From positions 6,208,001-6,272,000 of the forward strand of contig OZ001293.3 of NCBI GenBank assembly GCA_963921275.4: 64,000 nucleotides of DNA, written 5' to 3'. Below are positions 1 through 14,222 of this stretch, piece after piece. Position numbers and translations under genes: made by a program. Below the pieces are notes generated by a model, which did no database searches, had not been told where the DNA came from, and worked only from the letters and a program-made list of their open reading frames with translations. This DNA comes from an uncultured Hormoscilla sp. GTDB lineage: Bacteria; Cyanobacteriota; Cyanobacteriia; Cyanobacteriales; Desertifilaceae. How positions within the stretch are numbered: the stretch's first letter is position 1; each line of letters opens with the position of its first letter.

Positions 1-633
1 TCGCTGTCTTGTTTTTTCTGGAACGGTAGATATCGAGGAAGGCTATTAAATGGCTGAAACCCGCTCGCTTGTGTCCAATGAGACCCTACGATGTCTGAGG
101 GATGCATGGCAAAAACCCCTCAGACATCGCGACCTAAAAATGGATCTTGTGAAAGGGTTTGATGCCCAAGCCACGCCTATTTTTTCCTAAAGTCCCGCTA
201 GAGGGATCCCGGTCAAGCTAACAGCGGTTTGAGACCAGGTCTGTTGGTGGTGAAGCTGCCCAACCCAGTCCATCCACCACCTAGGAAGTCCGATCGCCAT
301 CCGACAAGAGTAATTCTTATACTCTCTAATGCTATGTTACACATCTTGACATGAGAACCCCATCTTTCAGGGTTCCGATCTAACTTTTAAGTTTTCTGCT
401 CTACTTTCACTCTAGCTCCAAATCTTAAGACAATCTTAAATCGCAATAAAACTACATAATTGCGAGAGAAAATCTGCTTTTATGTGCCAGATGAGGTAAT
501 AATCTTGACTTTGTTGGGGAGCGGTGGTAAAGTAAGGTAATAATCTTGACTTTGTAGGGGAGCGGTGGTAAAGAAGATGAGAATGTCGGTATTGATAACC
601 GGGTAACTCTTGTCAGAGCATTGAGGGAAAACG

Positions 634-1557
634 GTGATTTATTTGCTAATCGTCAATTATTACTCGACCGATTTTATCGCAGGTCTCCTCACCTCGATGT
701 CCTCAGCAGATAACCAAAATTTACGGGTAATTATTGTCAATAATTCTCCCGAAGATCGGGCGATAGCTCAGCTAGCTGCTGCCAGAACAGATTTAATTTT
801 GATTACGGCGGAAACTAACTTAGGATTTGGCGCTGGTTGTAACCTAGGAATTAAGTATGTTTATCAAACTAACTCTCAAGCTTTAATCTGGTTGCTGAAT
901 CCTGATACTACCATAGAACCTGATGCGGTTGCCTACATCATGGACTATTTTCAGCAAAATCCCGATTTAGCAATTTTGGGAACTAGAATTAGAGACGCCC
1001 AGGGTAAAATCTGGTTTAGTGAGGGAAGGTTTAATCCAAGGATTGGATCTTTACCACACCGTTCGCGTATCAATAAGCCCGCGCAGGCGGGCTTATTTCG
1101 AGTAGCCCCACCCTTTAGGGTGGGGGGACCTATCCCTTGTCGGTGGGTGTCGGGATGCAGTATGATTCTCAACTTAGCCAGATTCAACCATTGTCCCAAA
1201 TTTGACCCCCATTATTTTCTTTACTACGAAGATAATGATTTGTGTGAAAGATACTATCAACTAGGATATCAGATTGCGGTCACCCAGGATGTTTTGGTGA
1301 CCCATCTGGTTTCTGCTACCACTCACAAAGATAAAACGGCTAAGTTTCGCCACGCTACCTACAGTAAATTGTACTTCCTCAAGCAGCATGGCACTGTTTT
1401 GGCTTTGGGGCTCAATTTGGTTTATATGCTAGCAAAATTGCTGCTGCTTTTACTGCGCGATCGGGCCTCTGCCCTAGGTCGGTGGCAAGGGTTACAAAAG
1501 TTCATCTTAATCAATTCAAAATTCAAAATTCAAAATTCAAAATTCGGTAACCAATAA
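634..1557 (+). CDS. Glycosyltransferase family 2 (rhamnosyltransferase-like)
   Basis: IVNY N-terminus, NLGFGAGCNLG, LLNPD, FLYYEDNDLC motifs. Confidence 0.9.
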   Translation: MIYLLIVNYYSTDFIAGLLTSMSSADNQNLRVIIVNNSPEDRAIAQLAAARTDLILITAETNLGFGAGCNLGIKYVYQTNSQALIWLLNPDTTIEPDAVAYIMDYFQQNPDLAILGTRIRDAQGKIWFSEGRFNPRIGSLPHRSRINKPAQAGLFRVAPPFRVGGPIPCRWVSGCSMILNLARFNHCPKFDPHYFLYYEDNDLCERYYQLGYQIAVTQDVLVTHLVSATTHKDKTAKFRHATYSKLYFLKQHGTVLALGLNLVYMLAKLLLLLLRDRASALGRWQGLQKFILINSKFKIQNSKFGNQ

Positions 1558-1613
1558 AAAAGCTCTCAGCTTTTCTATTTATGTAAATTCAATGTACAGC
1601 AGCTTATCGTCTC

Positions 1614-2696
1614 ATGAACAATCATGAATTGCTAATCAATCTTTCAGTGTTAATGAAGCGTCCGACAGGAGTAAGTACCTATGCTATGAATTTGCTACCA
1701 CGGCTAAAACCCCTGTCTCCGACGCTGCTGGTCTCCGAACCCATTCAGACTTATAATAGTTATCAAATACCTGCAGGTTTAACTCCAGAACAAGGGGCGA
1801 TCGGGCATCTAAAGCGTTTAACCTGGACCCAGCTACAGATGGGAATAATATACCATAAACTCAAGGGAAAACTGCTATTTTCTCCGATTCCGGAAGCCCC
1901 ATTATTTGCCAGTTGCCGGTTTGCGGTCATGATCCATGACTTGATTCCGCTACGCTTCCCGGAAAAAAAATCTCTTCTGTGGTATTACTTTCGTTACTAC
2001 GTTCCCCAAGTATTAGCACGATCAACCCAGATTATTTGTAACTCCCAAGCTACGGCTAAAGATCTTACAGATTTTTACCAGATATCTATTGACAAAATTA
2101 CGCCCATCCCGTTAGCATACGATCGGAATAACTTTAAGTTCCTAGACTTGCCAACGGGCAACTACTTTCTGTATGTTGGTCGCAGCACCCCTTACAAAAA
2201 TCTGCAGAGATTAATTGCAGCGTTTGCGGCAATAGAGGAAAAAGATTGCGAACTATGGCTGGCAGGTACGCCCGATCTGCGTTATACTCCAGGATTAAGG
2301 GTGCTTGTAGAAGAACTGGGCTTGACAGATAAAGTGAAATTCCTCGACTATGTTCCCTATAGTAAACTACCAGTGCTGATGAATCGGGCGATCGGCCTAG
2401 TATTCCCGAGCTTGTGGGAAGGGTTTGGCATCCCAGTCCTAGAAGCGATGGCCTGCGGCACCCCGGTAATTACCTCCAACATCTCATCCCTGCCAGAAAT
2501 TACTGGCGATGCTGCTATCCTAGTAGATCCCTATAATGTGGGAGAAATTACCGCTGCCATGGAGACAGTAGTCAGAGATGCAAGAGTGCGTTCGGATCTC
2601 AGCAGGGCCAGTCTGGCCCGGGCCAGTCAATTCAGCTGGACGAAAACCGGACTTGCCACCAGGGAACTGCTGAGTCAGCTAATGTATAATTGCTAA
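1614..2696 (+). CDS. Glycosyltransferase family 4
   Basis: [26 protein letters not shown] motifs. Confidence 0.92.
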   Translation: MNNHELLINLSVLMKRPTGVSTYAMNLLPRLKPLSPTLLVSEPIQTYNSYQIPAGLTPEQGAIGHLKRLTWTQLQMGIIYHKLKGKLLFSPIPEAPLFASCRFAVMIHDLIPLRFPEKKSLLWYYFRYYVPQVLARSTQIICNSQATAKDLTDFYQISIDKITPIPLAYDRNNFKFLDLPTGNYFLYVGRSTPYKNLQRLIAAFAAIEEKDCELWLAGTPDLRYTPGLRVLVEELGLTDKVKFLDYVPYSKLPVLMNRAIGLVFPSLWEGFGIPVLEAMACGTPVITSNISSLPEITGDAAILVDPYNVGEITAAMETVVRDARVRSDLSRASLARASQFSWTKTGLATRELLSQLMYNC

Positions 2697-2767
2697 TTGT
2701 GAATGGCGAATTGCTAATGCAGTCAATTTTACAGTCAATAGGATAAAATGATCGGAAACGAGGTAAC

Positions 2768-3061
2768 ATGCTCAGAGTTTATCTAGACACTAGTATTTAT
2801 AACCGTCCTTTCGATGACCAAAATTAACCAAAAATTGTATTGGAAACCCAAGCTGTTAACTTTATACTAGAATTGGTTTCAACTCAACAAATTTAATTAG
2901 TTAATTCTGCTATTTTAGAGTATGAAAAAAACAAAAATAATTACTCTAGGAATCCGGAAGCGATGAATAAGTACTTACAAATGGCTATAATTGAACAAAA
3001 TATAAATGAAAATATTAGAGAACAAACTATAAACCCCGTTGATTTCATTTTGTAGATTGAA
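2768..3061 (+). pseudogene. PIN-domain toxin pseudogene
   Basis: Reads MLRVYLDTSIYNRPFDDQN then TAA at 2825-2827, followed by PKIVLETQAV in frame; 3' part appears truncated. Confidence 0.7.
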
Positions 3062-3062
3062 G

Positions 3063-3299
3063 ATGAAAATAAAAGTAATGAGTGACCAGCAGATTCTGGA
3101 AGAAGGATTTAAAGTGTTGATGACCCATTTAGGACCATCGAAAGCTATGCGTTTTGGGGCAGCTTGTAAGTTAGGTGAGGGAGACTATCTCCAACTAAAA
3201 GATAGACTTTTTGGCGAAGAGACAGCAGATAGTCTTTATGAAAAAATTAAAGCCTATCAGAATTCAAAACAGTCCGACGAAAAAAAGGAATTAGGCTAG
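3063..3299 (+). CDS. Small hypothetical protein, probable antitoxin partner of the PIN gene
   Basis: LGPSKAMRF...GEGDY signature of small PIN-associated proteins; adjacent to the PIN remnant. Confidence 0.6.
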   Translation: MKIKVMSDQQILEEGFKVLMTHLGPSKAMRFGAACKLGEGDYLQLKDRLFGEETADSLYEKIKAYQNSKQSDEKKELG

Positions 3300-3380
3300 A
3301 ACTAGAACAGAGGGTGAAAAAATAGTGGCAAAAAGGCGAGCGCTATGGTAAAAAGGACAATGAACCATTAGCGATATGCC

Positions 3381-4580
3381 ATGCCATCCCTAAAATATGC
3401 TCTCGTCCATGAATGGTTAACCCCGGCAGCCACTGGCGGATCGGAACTGGTCGTTAAAGAAATCCTCAAGCATATTGATGCTGACCTTTATGCCCTGATC
3501 GACTTTGAATCCACCAATCCTGACAGCTATCTATTCAAGCGTAAAATTGGCACCACGTTTCTGCAACAGTTTCCCCTGGCCCGTAAAGGGGTTCAGAAAT
3601 ATTTGCCCCTTTTACCGATCGCGATCGAACAGCTAGACTTACGGGACTATGATGTAATTCTCTCCTCTTCCCACGCAGTTGCCAAGGGGGTCATCACTCT
3701 TCCCCAGCAGCTGCACATCTGCTACTGTCATACTCCCATGCGCTATGCCTGGGATTTAACCTTCGATTACCTGAACAACAGTGCAGCAGGTAGGGGAATC
3801 CCAGGCATTCTCACCCGATATATACTACACCGACTGCGCCAGTGGGACGTGGTCTCCGCTAATCGAGTTGATTACTTGATCGCCAACTCCCAACATACAG
3901 CCAGGCGAATTTGGCGTTGCTACCGGCGTCAGGCGGAGGTCATTTACCCCCCTGTTAATATAGAAAGATTTCCCTTTCAGGCAGAAAAACAAGATTATTA
4001 TCTCACCGTTTCGCGGCTGGTCAGCTACAAGCAGGTATCTATAATTGTGCAAGCCTTTAATCAACTGGGACGGCCCTTGGCGATAATCGGTACTGGACCG
4101 GAATTAGGACGCCTGCGCCAGCTGGCTAAACCGAACGTGCAGCTGCTGGGGGCCCAACCCGATCGGGTGGTGGAAAAGTACATGGCAAATGCTAAAGCTT
4201 TCGTCTATGCTGCCTGTGAGGACTTTGGCATAGCCCTGGTGGAAGCACAAGCCTCTGGCACGCCAGTTATTGCCTATGGTGGTGGGGGGGCCCTGGAGAC
4301 CGTGCGGGATCTGCGGCAACACCCGGATGGGGCTACGGGTTTATTTTTTGCCGCCCAGACAGGGGCGTCCTTGGTGGAGGCCGTGAAAATATTCGAGCAG
4401 TCCAGGGGCCAGCTGCATCCGGAAATCGCCCGATCACGCGCCGCCCAGTTTGACGCCAAAGCCTTTGAACAAAGCTACCTTGCTTTTGTGGAACGCTGCT
4501 ATCATGACTTTCAATCCCGTCCGAACTCCCGGGGTGCCTTACCCCCTGACCCCCCGATCTTGCCGACCGATGGTGATTAG
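3381..4580 (+). CDS. Glycosyltransferase family 4
   Basis: VHEWL..GGSE, YCHTPMRYAWD, EDFGIALVEAQASG. Confidence 0.92.
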   Translation: MPSLKYALVHEWLTPAATGGSELVVKEILKHIDADLYALIDFESTNPDSYLFKRKIGTTFLQQFPLARKGVQKYLPLLPIAIEQLDLRDYDVILSSSHAVAKGVITLPQQLHICYCHTPMRYAWDLTFDYLNNSAAGRGIPGILTRYILHRLRQWDVVSANRVDYLIANSQHTARRIWRCYRRQAEVIYPPVNIERFPFQAEKQDYYLTVSRLVSYKQVSIIVQAFNQLGRPLAIIGTGPELGRLRQLAKPNVQLLGAQPDRVVEKYMANAKAFVYAACEDFGIALVEAQASGTPVIAYGGGGALETVRDLRQHPDGATGLFFAAQTGASLVEAVKIFEQSRGQLHPEIARSRAAQFDAKAFEQSYLAFVERCYHDFQSRPNSRGALPPDPPILPTDGD

Positions 4581-4633
4581 GGGTAACTAGCTTTATGATG
4601 AGGACTGTGTGTGGTGTGAAATAGAGGAGTAAG

Positions 4634-5359
4634 ATGACTGCCCAAAGTCAACTGATCTCCGGCAAGACTGTACGGATGTCCGTGAAGCGCCGCTTCCGCA
4701 AGCTGGCGCTTCCAGCTAGACAGCAACATCTGTCCGGTCTCAACGGAGATTTTTTCAAGCGCCTGTTCGATGTCCTGTTTTCACTGTCGGTTTTGATTGT
4801 TTTTTCCCCCCTGTACCTGCTTTTGGGTCTGCTGATTGCCCTCAGTTCCCCAGGCTCAATTCTTTATGTTCAGGAACGGGTGGGGAAAAACCACAAAAAG
4901 TTTCGCTGTCTGAAGTTTAGGACAATGGTGAAAAATGCCGACAAAATGTTAGTGGAAATGATGTCAAATAATCCGCATATTAGTCAAGAATTTGAGGATT
5001 ATTTCAAACTTAAATATGACCCGAGAATTACTAAAATTGGCAGATTTTTGCGGCTGACAAGTCTAGACGAATTTCCCCAATTTTGGAATGTGTTGATGGG
5101 AGATATGAGTGTGGTGGGTCCGCGACCTTTAGTGGTACAAGAACTGCCAAAATACGGTAAGCATATCGACAAGGTTCTGACTATCCGCCCGGGAATTACT
5201 GGGTTATGGCAGGTGTCAGGGCGCAATGACCTCCCTTATCCCCGGAGAATTCAGATCGACATTTACTATGTGAATTTCAAAAATTTATGGATGGATCTGT
5301 GGATAATCGTGAAGACGATCGGGGTTGTCATTTTTCCTAAGAATAACGGTGCCTACTAA
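4634..5359 (+). CDS. Bacterial sugar transferase (initiating phosphoglycosyltransferase)
   Basis: KRLFD, KFRTM, DPRIT..GRFLR.TSLDEFPQ, GDMSVVGPRP, PGITGLWQVSGR. Confidence 0.93.
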   Translation: MTAQSQLISGKTVRMSVKRRFRKLALPARQQHLSGLNGDFFKRLFDVLFSLSVLIVFSPLYLLLGLLIALSSPGSILYVQERVGKNHKKFRCLKFRTMVKNADKMLVEMMSNNPHISQEFEDYFKLKYDPRITKIGRFLRLTSLDEFPQFWNVLMGDMSVVGPRPLVVQELPKYGKHIDKVLTIRPGITGLWQVSGRNDLPYPRRIQIDIYYVNFKNLWMDLWIIVKTIGVVIFPKNNGAY

Positions 5360-5666
5360 GACCAGATCGCATCGGTGTTTATAGCACGAAGCGATTTATG
5401 AATAAGAAACCCGACACGAGAGTAGTTGCCGGGTTTCTGGGTTATACCATCGGTATTTATAGCACCAAGGAGGCGATCTGAGATCTCATACAGCTAAAGG
5501 CGATCGATACGATCCAAGATACCGTTCGGGAAATTTTAGGTTAAGGTAGAGAAGTATTGTCGGGACTGTGGCATTAGCAGGCCGACTATCGGCACTTGTT
5601 AATGCCACAACTCCCTGACAGAAATGACAACAGTTACTCTCACGAATTGCAAGAAGGACATCGAGT

Positions 5667-6698
5667 ATGACGCAAGGCAAGCGGGCATTAATCACCGGCA
5701 TTACTGGTCAAGACGGCTCTTACCTGAGTGAGTTTTTGCTGGAGAAGGGCTATGAGGTTCACGGTATTATCCGACGGTCTTCAAGTTTTAATACCGATCG
5801 GATCGACCATATATATGTGGATCCCCACAGTCAGGATGCAAGGTTGTTTCTGCATTACGGCGACTTAACCTATGGCACCACCCTGCGCCGGGTATTGGAG
5901 GAAGTTCAACCAGCAGAGGTTTACAACTTGGGGGCTCAATCCCACGTGCGGGTGAGTTTTGACTCCCCGGAATACACGGTTGATACTGTGGCGATGGGGA
6001 CATTGCGCCTGTTGGAAGCGATCCAAAACTACCAGCAGCGTACTAGTATTGAGGTGCGGTTCTATCAGGCGGGTTCTTCGGAAATGTTCGGCAAGGTACA
6101 GGAAGTACCCCAGAAGGAGACGACTCCTTTTTATCCCCGCAGTCCCTATTCCTGTGCTAAGGTTTACGCCCACTGGCAGACGATAAACCATCGGGAATCT
6201 TACAAGCTATTTGCCTGTAATGGCATATTATTTAATCATGAATCGCCGCGCCGGGGGGAGACCTTTGTGACGCGCAAGATTACTCGGGCTGTGGCCCGAA
6301 TTGTGGCTGGCAAGCAGAAAAAACTCTACCTTGGGAATCTGGATGCGAAGCGGGACTGGGGCTATGCTAAGGACTATGTGCGGGCGATGTGGATGATGCT
6401 TCAGCAAGACCAGCCGGATGATTACGTGATCGCTACTAATGAAACTCACTCGATCCGCGAGTTTCTCGACCTGGCATTCAACTATGTCAACTTAAAATGG
6501 CAGGATTACGTGGAGTTCGATCCGCGCTATCTGCGCCCAGCGGAGGTGGATCTGTTAATTGGCGACTCGACTAAGGCGCGGCAAAAGTTAGGTTGGCAAC
6601 CCTCTGTCACTTTTAAGGAGTTGGTAGAGTTAATGGTAGATGCTGATATCAAAACCCTGGAACGGCAGGTGAGAATTTCGGGCAACGGGTTTGATTAG
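5667..6698 (+). CDS. gmd: GDP-mannose 4,6-dehydratase
   Basis: [40 protein letters not shown]. Confidence 0.97.
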   Translation: MTQGKRALITGITGQDGSYLSEFLLEKGYEVHGIIRRSSSFNTDRIDHIYVDPHSQDARLFLHYGDLTYGTTLRRVLEEVQPAEVYNLGAQSHVRVSFDSPEYTVDTVAMGTLRLLEAIQNYQQRTSIEVRFYQAGSSEMFGKVQEVPQKETTPFYPRSPYSCAKVYAHWQTINHRESYKLFACNGILFNHESPRRGETFVTRKITRAVARIVAGKQKKLYLGNLDAKRDWGYAKDYVRAMWMMLQQDQPDDYVIATNETHSIREFLDLAFNYVNLKWQDYVEFDPRYLRPAEVDLLIGDSTKARQKLGWQPSVTFKELVELMVDADIKTLERQVRISGNGFD

Positions 6699-6721
6699 TT
6701 GATGTTTCGGGGAGGATAACA

Positions 6722-7666
6722 ATGAAGGATTTAGATTTAACAGACAAACGGATTTTGGTGACGGGTGGGGCGGGTTTCCTGGGGCGTCAGGTGGTAGACC
6801 AATTGGCTAAGGCGGGGGCGAATCTCCAGAAGATTACTATACCCCGATCGCGGGACTATGACATGCGGGAGATGGATGCCTGCCAGCAAGTGGTGCAAAA
6901 TCAGGATATTATCATTCATCTGGCAGCCCATGTGGGTGGCATTGGTCTGAACCGAGAAAAACCAGCAAAGTTATTTTACGACAATCTGATGATGGGCACC
7001 CAGCTAATTCATGCTGCCTATCAAGCAGGGGTAGAAAAATTCGTCTGTGTGGGCACTATCTGCGCCTATCCCAAATTCACCCCCGTACCTTTCAAGGAAG
7101 ATGACCTCTGGAATGGCTATCCGGAGGAGACCAATGCCCCCTATGGCATTGCTAAGAAAGCCTTATTAATTCAACTCCAGTCTTATCGGCAACAGTACGG
7201 TTTCAATGGCATTTTCCTGTTGCCTGTAAATTTGTACGGTCCGGAGGATAACTTTGACCCCAGGAGTTCCCACGTTATTCCGGCTTTAATTCGCAAAGTT
7301 TACGAGGCCCAGCAACGGGGAGAGAAGACATTGCCAGTCTGGGGTGATGGCAGTCCCAGTCGCGAGTTTCTCTACTCGACTGATGCGGCCCGGGGGATTG
7401 TAATGGCGACTCAGAAATACAATGACCCCGATCCTGTTAACCTGGGAACCCATTATGAAATTACGATTCGCGATTTGGTAGAATTGATTTGCGAATTGAT
7501 GGAATTTGATGGGGAACTTGTCTGGGAAACGGATAAGCCCAATGGTCAGCCCAGGCGGTGTTTGGATACGGAACGGGCGAAAGAGAAGTTTGGCTTTACT
7601 GCCCAGATGGAGTTTAAGCAAGGGCTGAAAAATACGATCGACTGGTATCGACAGCATCCTGAGTAG
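6722..7666 (+). CDS. fcl: GDP-L-fucose synthase
   Basis: [44 protein letters not shown]; follows gmd. Confidence 0.93.
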   Translation: MKDLDLTDKRILVTGGAGFLGRQVVDQLAKAGANLQKITIPRSRDYDMREMDACQQVVQNQDIIIHLAAHVGGIGLNREKPAKLFYDNLMMGTQLIHAAYQAGVEKFVCVGTICAYPKFTPVPFKEDDLWNGYPEETNAPYGIAKKALLIQLQSYRQQYGFNGIFLLPVNLYGPEDNFDPRSSHVIPALIRKVYEAQQRGEKTLPVWGDGSPSREFLYSTDAARGIVMATQKYNDPDPVNLGTHYEITIRDLVELICELMEFDGELVWETDKPNGQPRRCLDTERAKEKFGFTAQMEFKQGLKNTIDWYRQHPE

Positions 7667-7771
7667 TCAGCCGGGGATTCAAGAAACCCGGTTTTTCCAA
7701 AAAAAAAACCGGGTTTCTCGGCTACCGATGAATATCCCCGCCGCAAGAGAAAATTTTTAAGTTGTCAGCCC

Positions 7772-8029
7772 ATGGAAATCACTACAGTATCTCAACAAGG
7801 ACACGTAATAATTCCTCAAGCAATGCAGAAAGATTACGGCTGGGAAGCGGATCGAGAATTAATATTGATCGACACAGGCGAGGGGATTCTTATTAAGCCG
7901 AAAAATACTTTTCCGCAAACAACTTTAAGTGAGGTAGCGGGTTGTTTAAAATATGAATGTCCACCCAAAAGCATAGAAGATATGAACGATGCCATTGGTC
8001 AAGGAATAAAGGAGCAATGGCATGAGTAA
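7772..8029 (+). CDS. AbrB/MazE/SpoVT-family antitoxin
   Basis: TTVSQQGHVIIP swapped-hairpin start; followed by a truncated VapC-like start (MVVVDINIVV at 8033). Confidence 0.8.
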   Translation: MEITTVSQQGHVIIPQAMQKDYGWEADRELILIDTGEGILIKPKNTFPQTTLSEVAGCLKYECPPKSIEDMNDAIGQGIKEQWHE

Positions 8030-8296
8030 AAGGATGGTCGTAGTTGATATTAATATTGTAGTCAGCCCTTGAGTTGTGGAAGCAGAGGAGATAGAACAAT
8101 GTTAGCCGAAAATCCCAGATTTAATCAATTGATGGATGCGGCTAAACAACGCATCCAAGCAACAGGCGGAGTTAATCATGATGAGTTCTGGAAGCTAGTA
8201 TAAAAGTCAGATCAGAATAAAATAAAAGCCCGATCGAGCCGTTCGTAGTAAGCACGAAGAGTGCTTCCCAGGCGCGAAAGCGCCTAGGGACTGGTG

Positions 8297-8857
8297 TTAG
8301 CCGCCCATTTTTAACCAGCCAAACACTTGAGCGACTGTGAGTTGCAATTCAATTTCTGGTAACATGGGTAATGGATCGTTTCCGTGAAGGAGTACGGGTT
8401 GTTGTTGGGGATAAAATACCAAAATACTCAGGTCGTCCGGATCTACGAACCAGCCTAATTTACAGCCTGCTTCCAGACAGTAGAGAATGTTGCCAATGAC
8501 TTTATTAGATTGCTGTTCGGGGGAGAGGATTTCGATCGCCCAGTCTGGCCGTAGATCGAAGCGATCGGGGACTTGGCCTTCGACAAAGGGGATCCGATCC
8601 CACAGAAAGATGGCGATATCGGGTAGGATGGAGCGATCGTCAAAACTGCACCGTAGTTCGGGGAAAGCGTAGGCGATTCTTGGTTCTTCGGTAATTTGAT
8701 TGATGACAGCACAAAGCTTGCCTTGCAAACGGCTGTGTCTCCCTTTGGGCATTGGCTTTTGACGAATCTCGCCTTTTATGAATTCAGAAGCAGGTTTTGT
8801 CTCTGGGAGTTTCAAAAACGCTGCTAATGTCAGCGGTGGCGTAGCGGTCTGAATCAT
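8297..8857 (-). CDS. Uma2 family endonuclease-like protein
   Basis: PETKPASE, PELRC, PDIA, PDWAIEILSP. Confidence 0.92.
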   Translation of the reverse strand: MIQTATPPLTLAAFLKLPETKPASEFIKGEIRQKPMPKGRHSRLQGKLCAVINQITEEPRIAYAFPELRCSFDDRSILPDIAIFLWDRIPFVEGQVPDRFDLRPDWAIEILSPEQQSNKVIGNILYCLEAGCKLGWFVDPDDLSILVFYPQQQPVLLHGNDPLPMLPEIELQLTVAQVFGWLKMGG

Positions 8858-9165
8858 TATCCTAAGTCTAATCTAGATCGCCGGTAATCAGTGGATGACT
8901 GTCTTCCCGCTACCTTTATTATAGCCACGATCCCGATTGCTCGATGTAAAGAAATAATACAATTTTAGATCGATATGGCGATCTGGTTACAAAAATTAAC
9001 ATTTAGTAGGGTGGGCACCGCCCACCATCAGGGTACATTATACTCTAAATTAGGGACAGAGGGCTAGAGGCGGTAGGGATCCGCCGGTCCCAGGGGAAGG
9101 AGGGAAAACTTATGAGGAGAAAAGAGCGATCGCATTAATTGTCAAGACCTTGAAGTAGCTTTGTA

Positions 9166-9494
9166 TTGAGGAGTAAGATGAAAGATAGGTTAACAGTAAT
9201 TATCGCCCAGCTCCGCCAAGCCCTTGAAAGGATGTATGGAGAACAATTAGTTAAAATAGTGCTGTTTGGATCTCAAGGGAGAGGCGATGCTAGACATGAC
9301 TCGGATATTGATATCTTAATTGTTCTCAACCAGCCATTTAATTATGGAGATGAAAATGAACGAATTAGCTTTCCAGTTGCAGAAATTTGTCTAGAGTATA
9401 ATGTTCTAATTAGTTGTGTCTTGGCCACACTGGAGCAATTACAGCATAATAATGGTGGATTTTTCAGAAATGTTCGCAGAGAAGGAATAGCAGT

Positions 9495-9498
<4 letters not shown>
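9166..9498 (+). CDS. Minimal nucleotidyltransferase (MNT antitoxin)
   Basis: LFGSQGRGD...SDIDILIV motif; overlaps downstream HEPN gene. Confidence 0.9.
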
Positions 9499-10719
<1,221 letters not shown>

Positions 10720-10750
10720 GTATAATCCAGAACTCACCTAGATTAGTGTA

Positions 10751-11585
<835 letters not shown>

Positions 11586-11632
11586 ATATAAGTCGGTAAG
11601 ATAGCTGTAGCCTGTAACAGAAGAGATCCATA

Positions 11633-12196
11633 ATGGAAAAAGCAAAGTTAAGACGAAATATCCTAAAAACACGCAAGGATATGTCAGTTGAAGTCTGGGG
11701 AGAAAAGAGCGATCGCATCTGTAGCCACCTGCAATCTTCACCTTTGTTTGCAGAAGCGAGGACGATGCTAGCTTACTTCAGCTTTCGCCAAGAACCGGAC
11801 CTAAGTCCCCTGTTTACAAATGACCGCAGTTGGGGATTTCCTAGATGTGTTGGGAAATCTCTTTCCTGGCACGCCTGGAAGCCCGGAGAACCCCTGGAAA
11901 AAAATATTTACGGCATTTTTGAACCCTCGGCTGATTCCCCCACCCTACAGCCCAATGCGGTAGATTTAATCCTCGTACCCGCGCTCGCCTGTGACGAACG
12001 CGGGTATCGCTTGGGTTATGGCGGCGGTTTTTACGATCGCTTCCTGAGTGCGGACTCGGAATGGTCATCTCATCGGACGATCGGCATTATCTTCGAGCAA
12101 GCCTTTTTCCCACTGTTACCTACAGAAGCATGGGACCGCCCCTTACAAGCTGTTTGTACGGAAAAGGGTTTGAGGCAAATCATCTTGGATGCTTGA
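11633..12196 (+). CDS. 5-formyltetrahydrofolate cyclo-ligase
   Basis: KAKLRR start, YGIFEP, DLILVPALACD..GYRLGYGGGFYDRFL. Confidence 0.93.
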   Translation: MEKAKLRRNILKTRKDMSVEVWGEKSDRICSHLQSSPLFAEARTMLAYFSFRQEPDLSPLFTNDRSWGFPRCVGKSLSWHAWKPGEPLEKNIYGIFEPSADSPTLQPNAVDLILVPALACDERGYRLGYGGGFYDRFLSADSEWSSHRTIGIIFEQAFFPLLPTEAWDRPLQAVCTEKGLRQIILDA

Positions 12197-12540
12197 TTTG
12201 ACAACAAGAGGCAGAGCCTATAGAATAGCATTACCAGGGAGACCCTGGTAACGAGGGAAAAGTACAAGCAGGTATTGCCTGGTAACGAGAAAAGCTCCCA
12301 TGCTCTCGTTCCCTGGCTCCGCCAGGGAACGATCTCCAGAGGCTCCGCCTCCAGAAGATTGAACTCGGTACAAGATGTCTATTTCAACTATATAGCACCA
12401 GTTGTAACAAGAAGCAGAGCCTATAGAATAGCATTACCAGGGAGACCCTGGTAACGAGGGATTGGTGAGATTGTAAATTGATTTGACAAGAAGAGGCAGA
12501 GCCTATAGAATAGCATTACCAGGGAGACCCTGGTAACGAG
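12196..12540. repeat. Cluster of about 55-60 bp palindromic dispersed repeats (3 direct copies plus 1 inverted relative)
   Basis: GGCAGAGCCTATAGAATAGCATTACCAGGGAGACCCTGGTAACGAG three times; relatives near 22130, 23480-23665 and 59940-60085. Confidence 0.8.
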
Positions 12541-12705
12541 AGAAAAAATGCTATAATAGATAGACAATGTTTGTAGTCGGTTTTAACCGACTTTACCTAT
12601 GACGCAGGGGTTTGAACCCTCGGTATATCGTGGGTAGTGCGAATAGCGCTCCCACGATATACCGAAGGCGGGCTACCGGGAAAGCAAGGACAAGCAGGTA
12701 TTGAC

Positions 12706-14141
12706 ATGATAGATTTCAACGAGGTCCGGGCGGAGTTCCAGAGAATTTGGGGTTATGCCGATTTTCGCCCGCCGCAAGGGGAAATTATTAGCAGTATCTT
12801 GGCACAACGGGATGCTTTGATCGTGATGCCAACCGGTGGGGGAAAGTCGATTTGCTTCCAACTCCCAGCTTTGCTACAATATGGAGTGACTCTGGTGGTT
12901 TCTCCCCTGGTGGCCCTGATGGAAAATCAGGTGCAGGAATTACGCCAGCTACATCTGCATGCGGCTTTAATTCATAGTGAGTTGTCCAGCAGAGACAAGA
13001 AACAAACCCTGCAAGCATTAGAAAAACAACAGTTGCGGTTACTTTACCTTTCCCCAGAAACATTGTTGAGTATCCCAGTTTGGGAACGGTTGTCTCAACC
13101 CCAGTTGAAAATTAATGGCTTGATTCTGGATGAAGCTCATTGTCTGGTACAGTGGGGGGAAACTTTTCGTCCCGCTTATCGCCGGTTGGGGGCTGTCCGT
13201 CCCGCTTTGTTAAAGTCGAAACCGCCGGGGACGAAACTCCCGATCGCGGCTTTCACGGCGACGGCGGATCCGGACGCACAGCAGATTATTCGCGAAGTAT
13301 TACAGCTGCGATCGCCCCAACCTTTCTTACTCAACCCTATCGTGCTAACTTAAACTTAAAGGTGCAAATTGTCTGGACTCCCCGGGGACGCCGCCAACAG
13401 TTGTTAAAGTATATCCAAGCTAGACGCAAACAATCTGGTTTAGTCTATGTGAGAACTAGGCGAGACAGCGAGGAACTGGCTGGATGGCTGGGGGAAAGTC
13501 GCTTCCAGACCGCTGCTTACCACGCGGGGTTGAGTCCCGACGAACGCCGTGCCATTGAAAATGCTTGGCAGAGTGGTAAGATTCAGTTTGTTGTCTGTAC
13601 TTGCGCCTTTGGGATGGGGATAAATAAGCCCGATGTCCGCTGAGTGATTCATTTCCACTCGCCTCTGCTATTATCAGAATATGTGCAAGAAGTGGGACGT
13701 GGTGGCAGAGATGGTAAACCGGCTGAAGCCCTCACCCTGATTAGCGAACCTACTGGATGGTTGGACCCAGCAGATAAGCAACGACGGCAGTTTTTTACCG
13801 ATAGAATGCGCCAGCAATATCAAAAGGCTCAGCAATTGGCGAAAAATCTCCCCGTTAAGGGCGATGTCAACTCTGTGAAAGCTGAATTTAAGGATGGCCC
13901 GATCGCCCTTTCCCTTCTCCACAGCAGCGGACAGCTCACATGGCTCGACCCCTTTCACTATAGCATCGATCGCTCGGTAAAAGCACAGCCATCCGACCAA
14001 TCCCGAGCCGTCCAGCTAATGTCACGGTATCTGACAACCCGTGATTGTCGCTGGAAGTTTTTATTAACCGCCTTCGGCTTTACTCCCGCTGCTAATTATC
14101 GCTGCGGTCACTGCGATAACTGTACCAAAACCAAATCTTAA
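12706..14141 (+). pseudogene. recQ: RecQ-family helicase with frameshift and nonsense codon
   Basis: MPTGGGKS, DEAHC, YHAG, AFGMGINKPDVR, QEVGRGGRDG, C-terminal CGHCDNC; frameshift near 13335; TGA at 13641 where Trp is expected. Confidence 0.88.
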
Positions 14142-14222
14142 CCTCCAGCAAACCTAGAAATAACCCGTTCTTTAGCTGTCAGAGATAAAATAGTAGCCGA
14201 GTTTTAAACCCGGGTAAGTGCT

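Noticed and set aside
1511..1545. Heptamer run (CAAAATT)n, with similar heptamer runs near 27660 and 52060
   Set aside because: Ordinary short tandem repeats typical of filamentous cyanobacteria.
12196..12540. Possible CRISPR mini-array
   Set aside because: Repeats are too long, irregularly spaced, and belong to a dispersed palindromic family seen elsewhere in the window.
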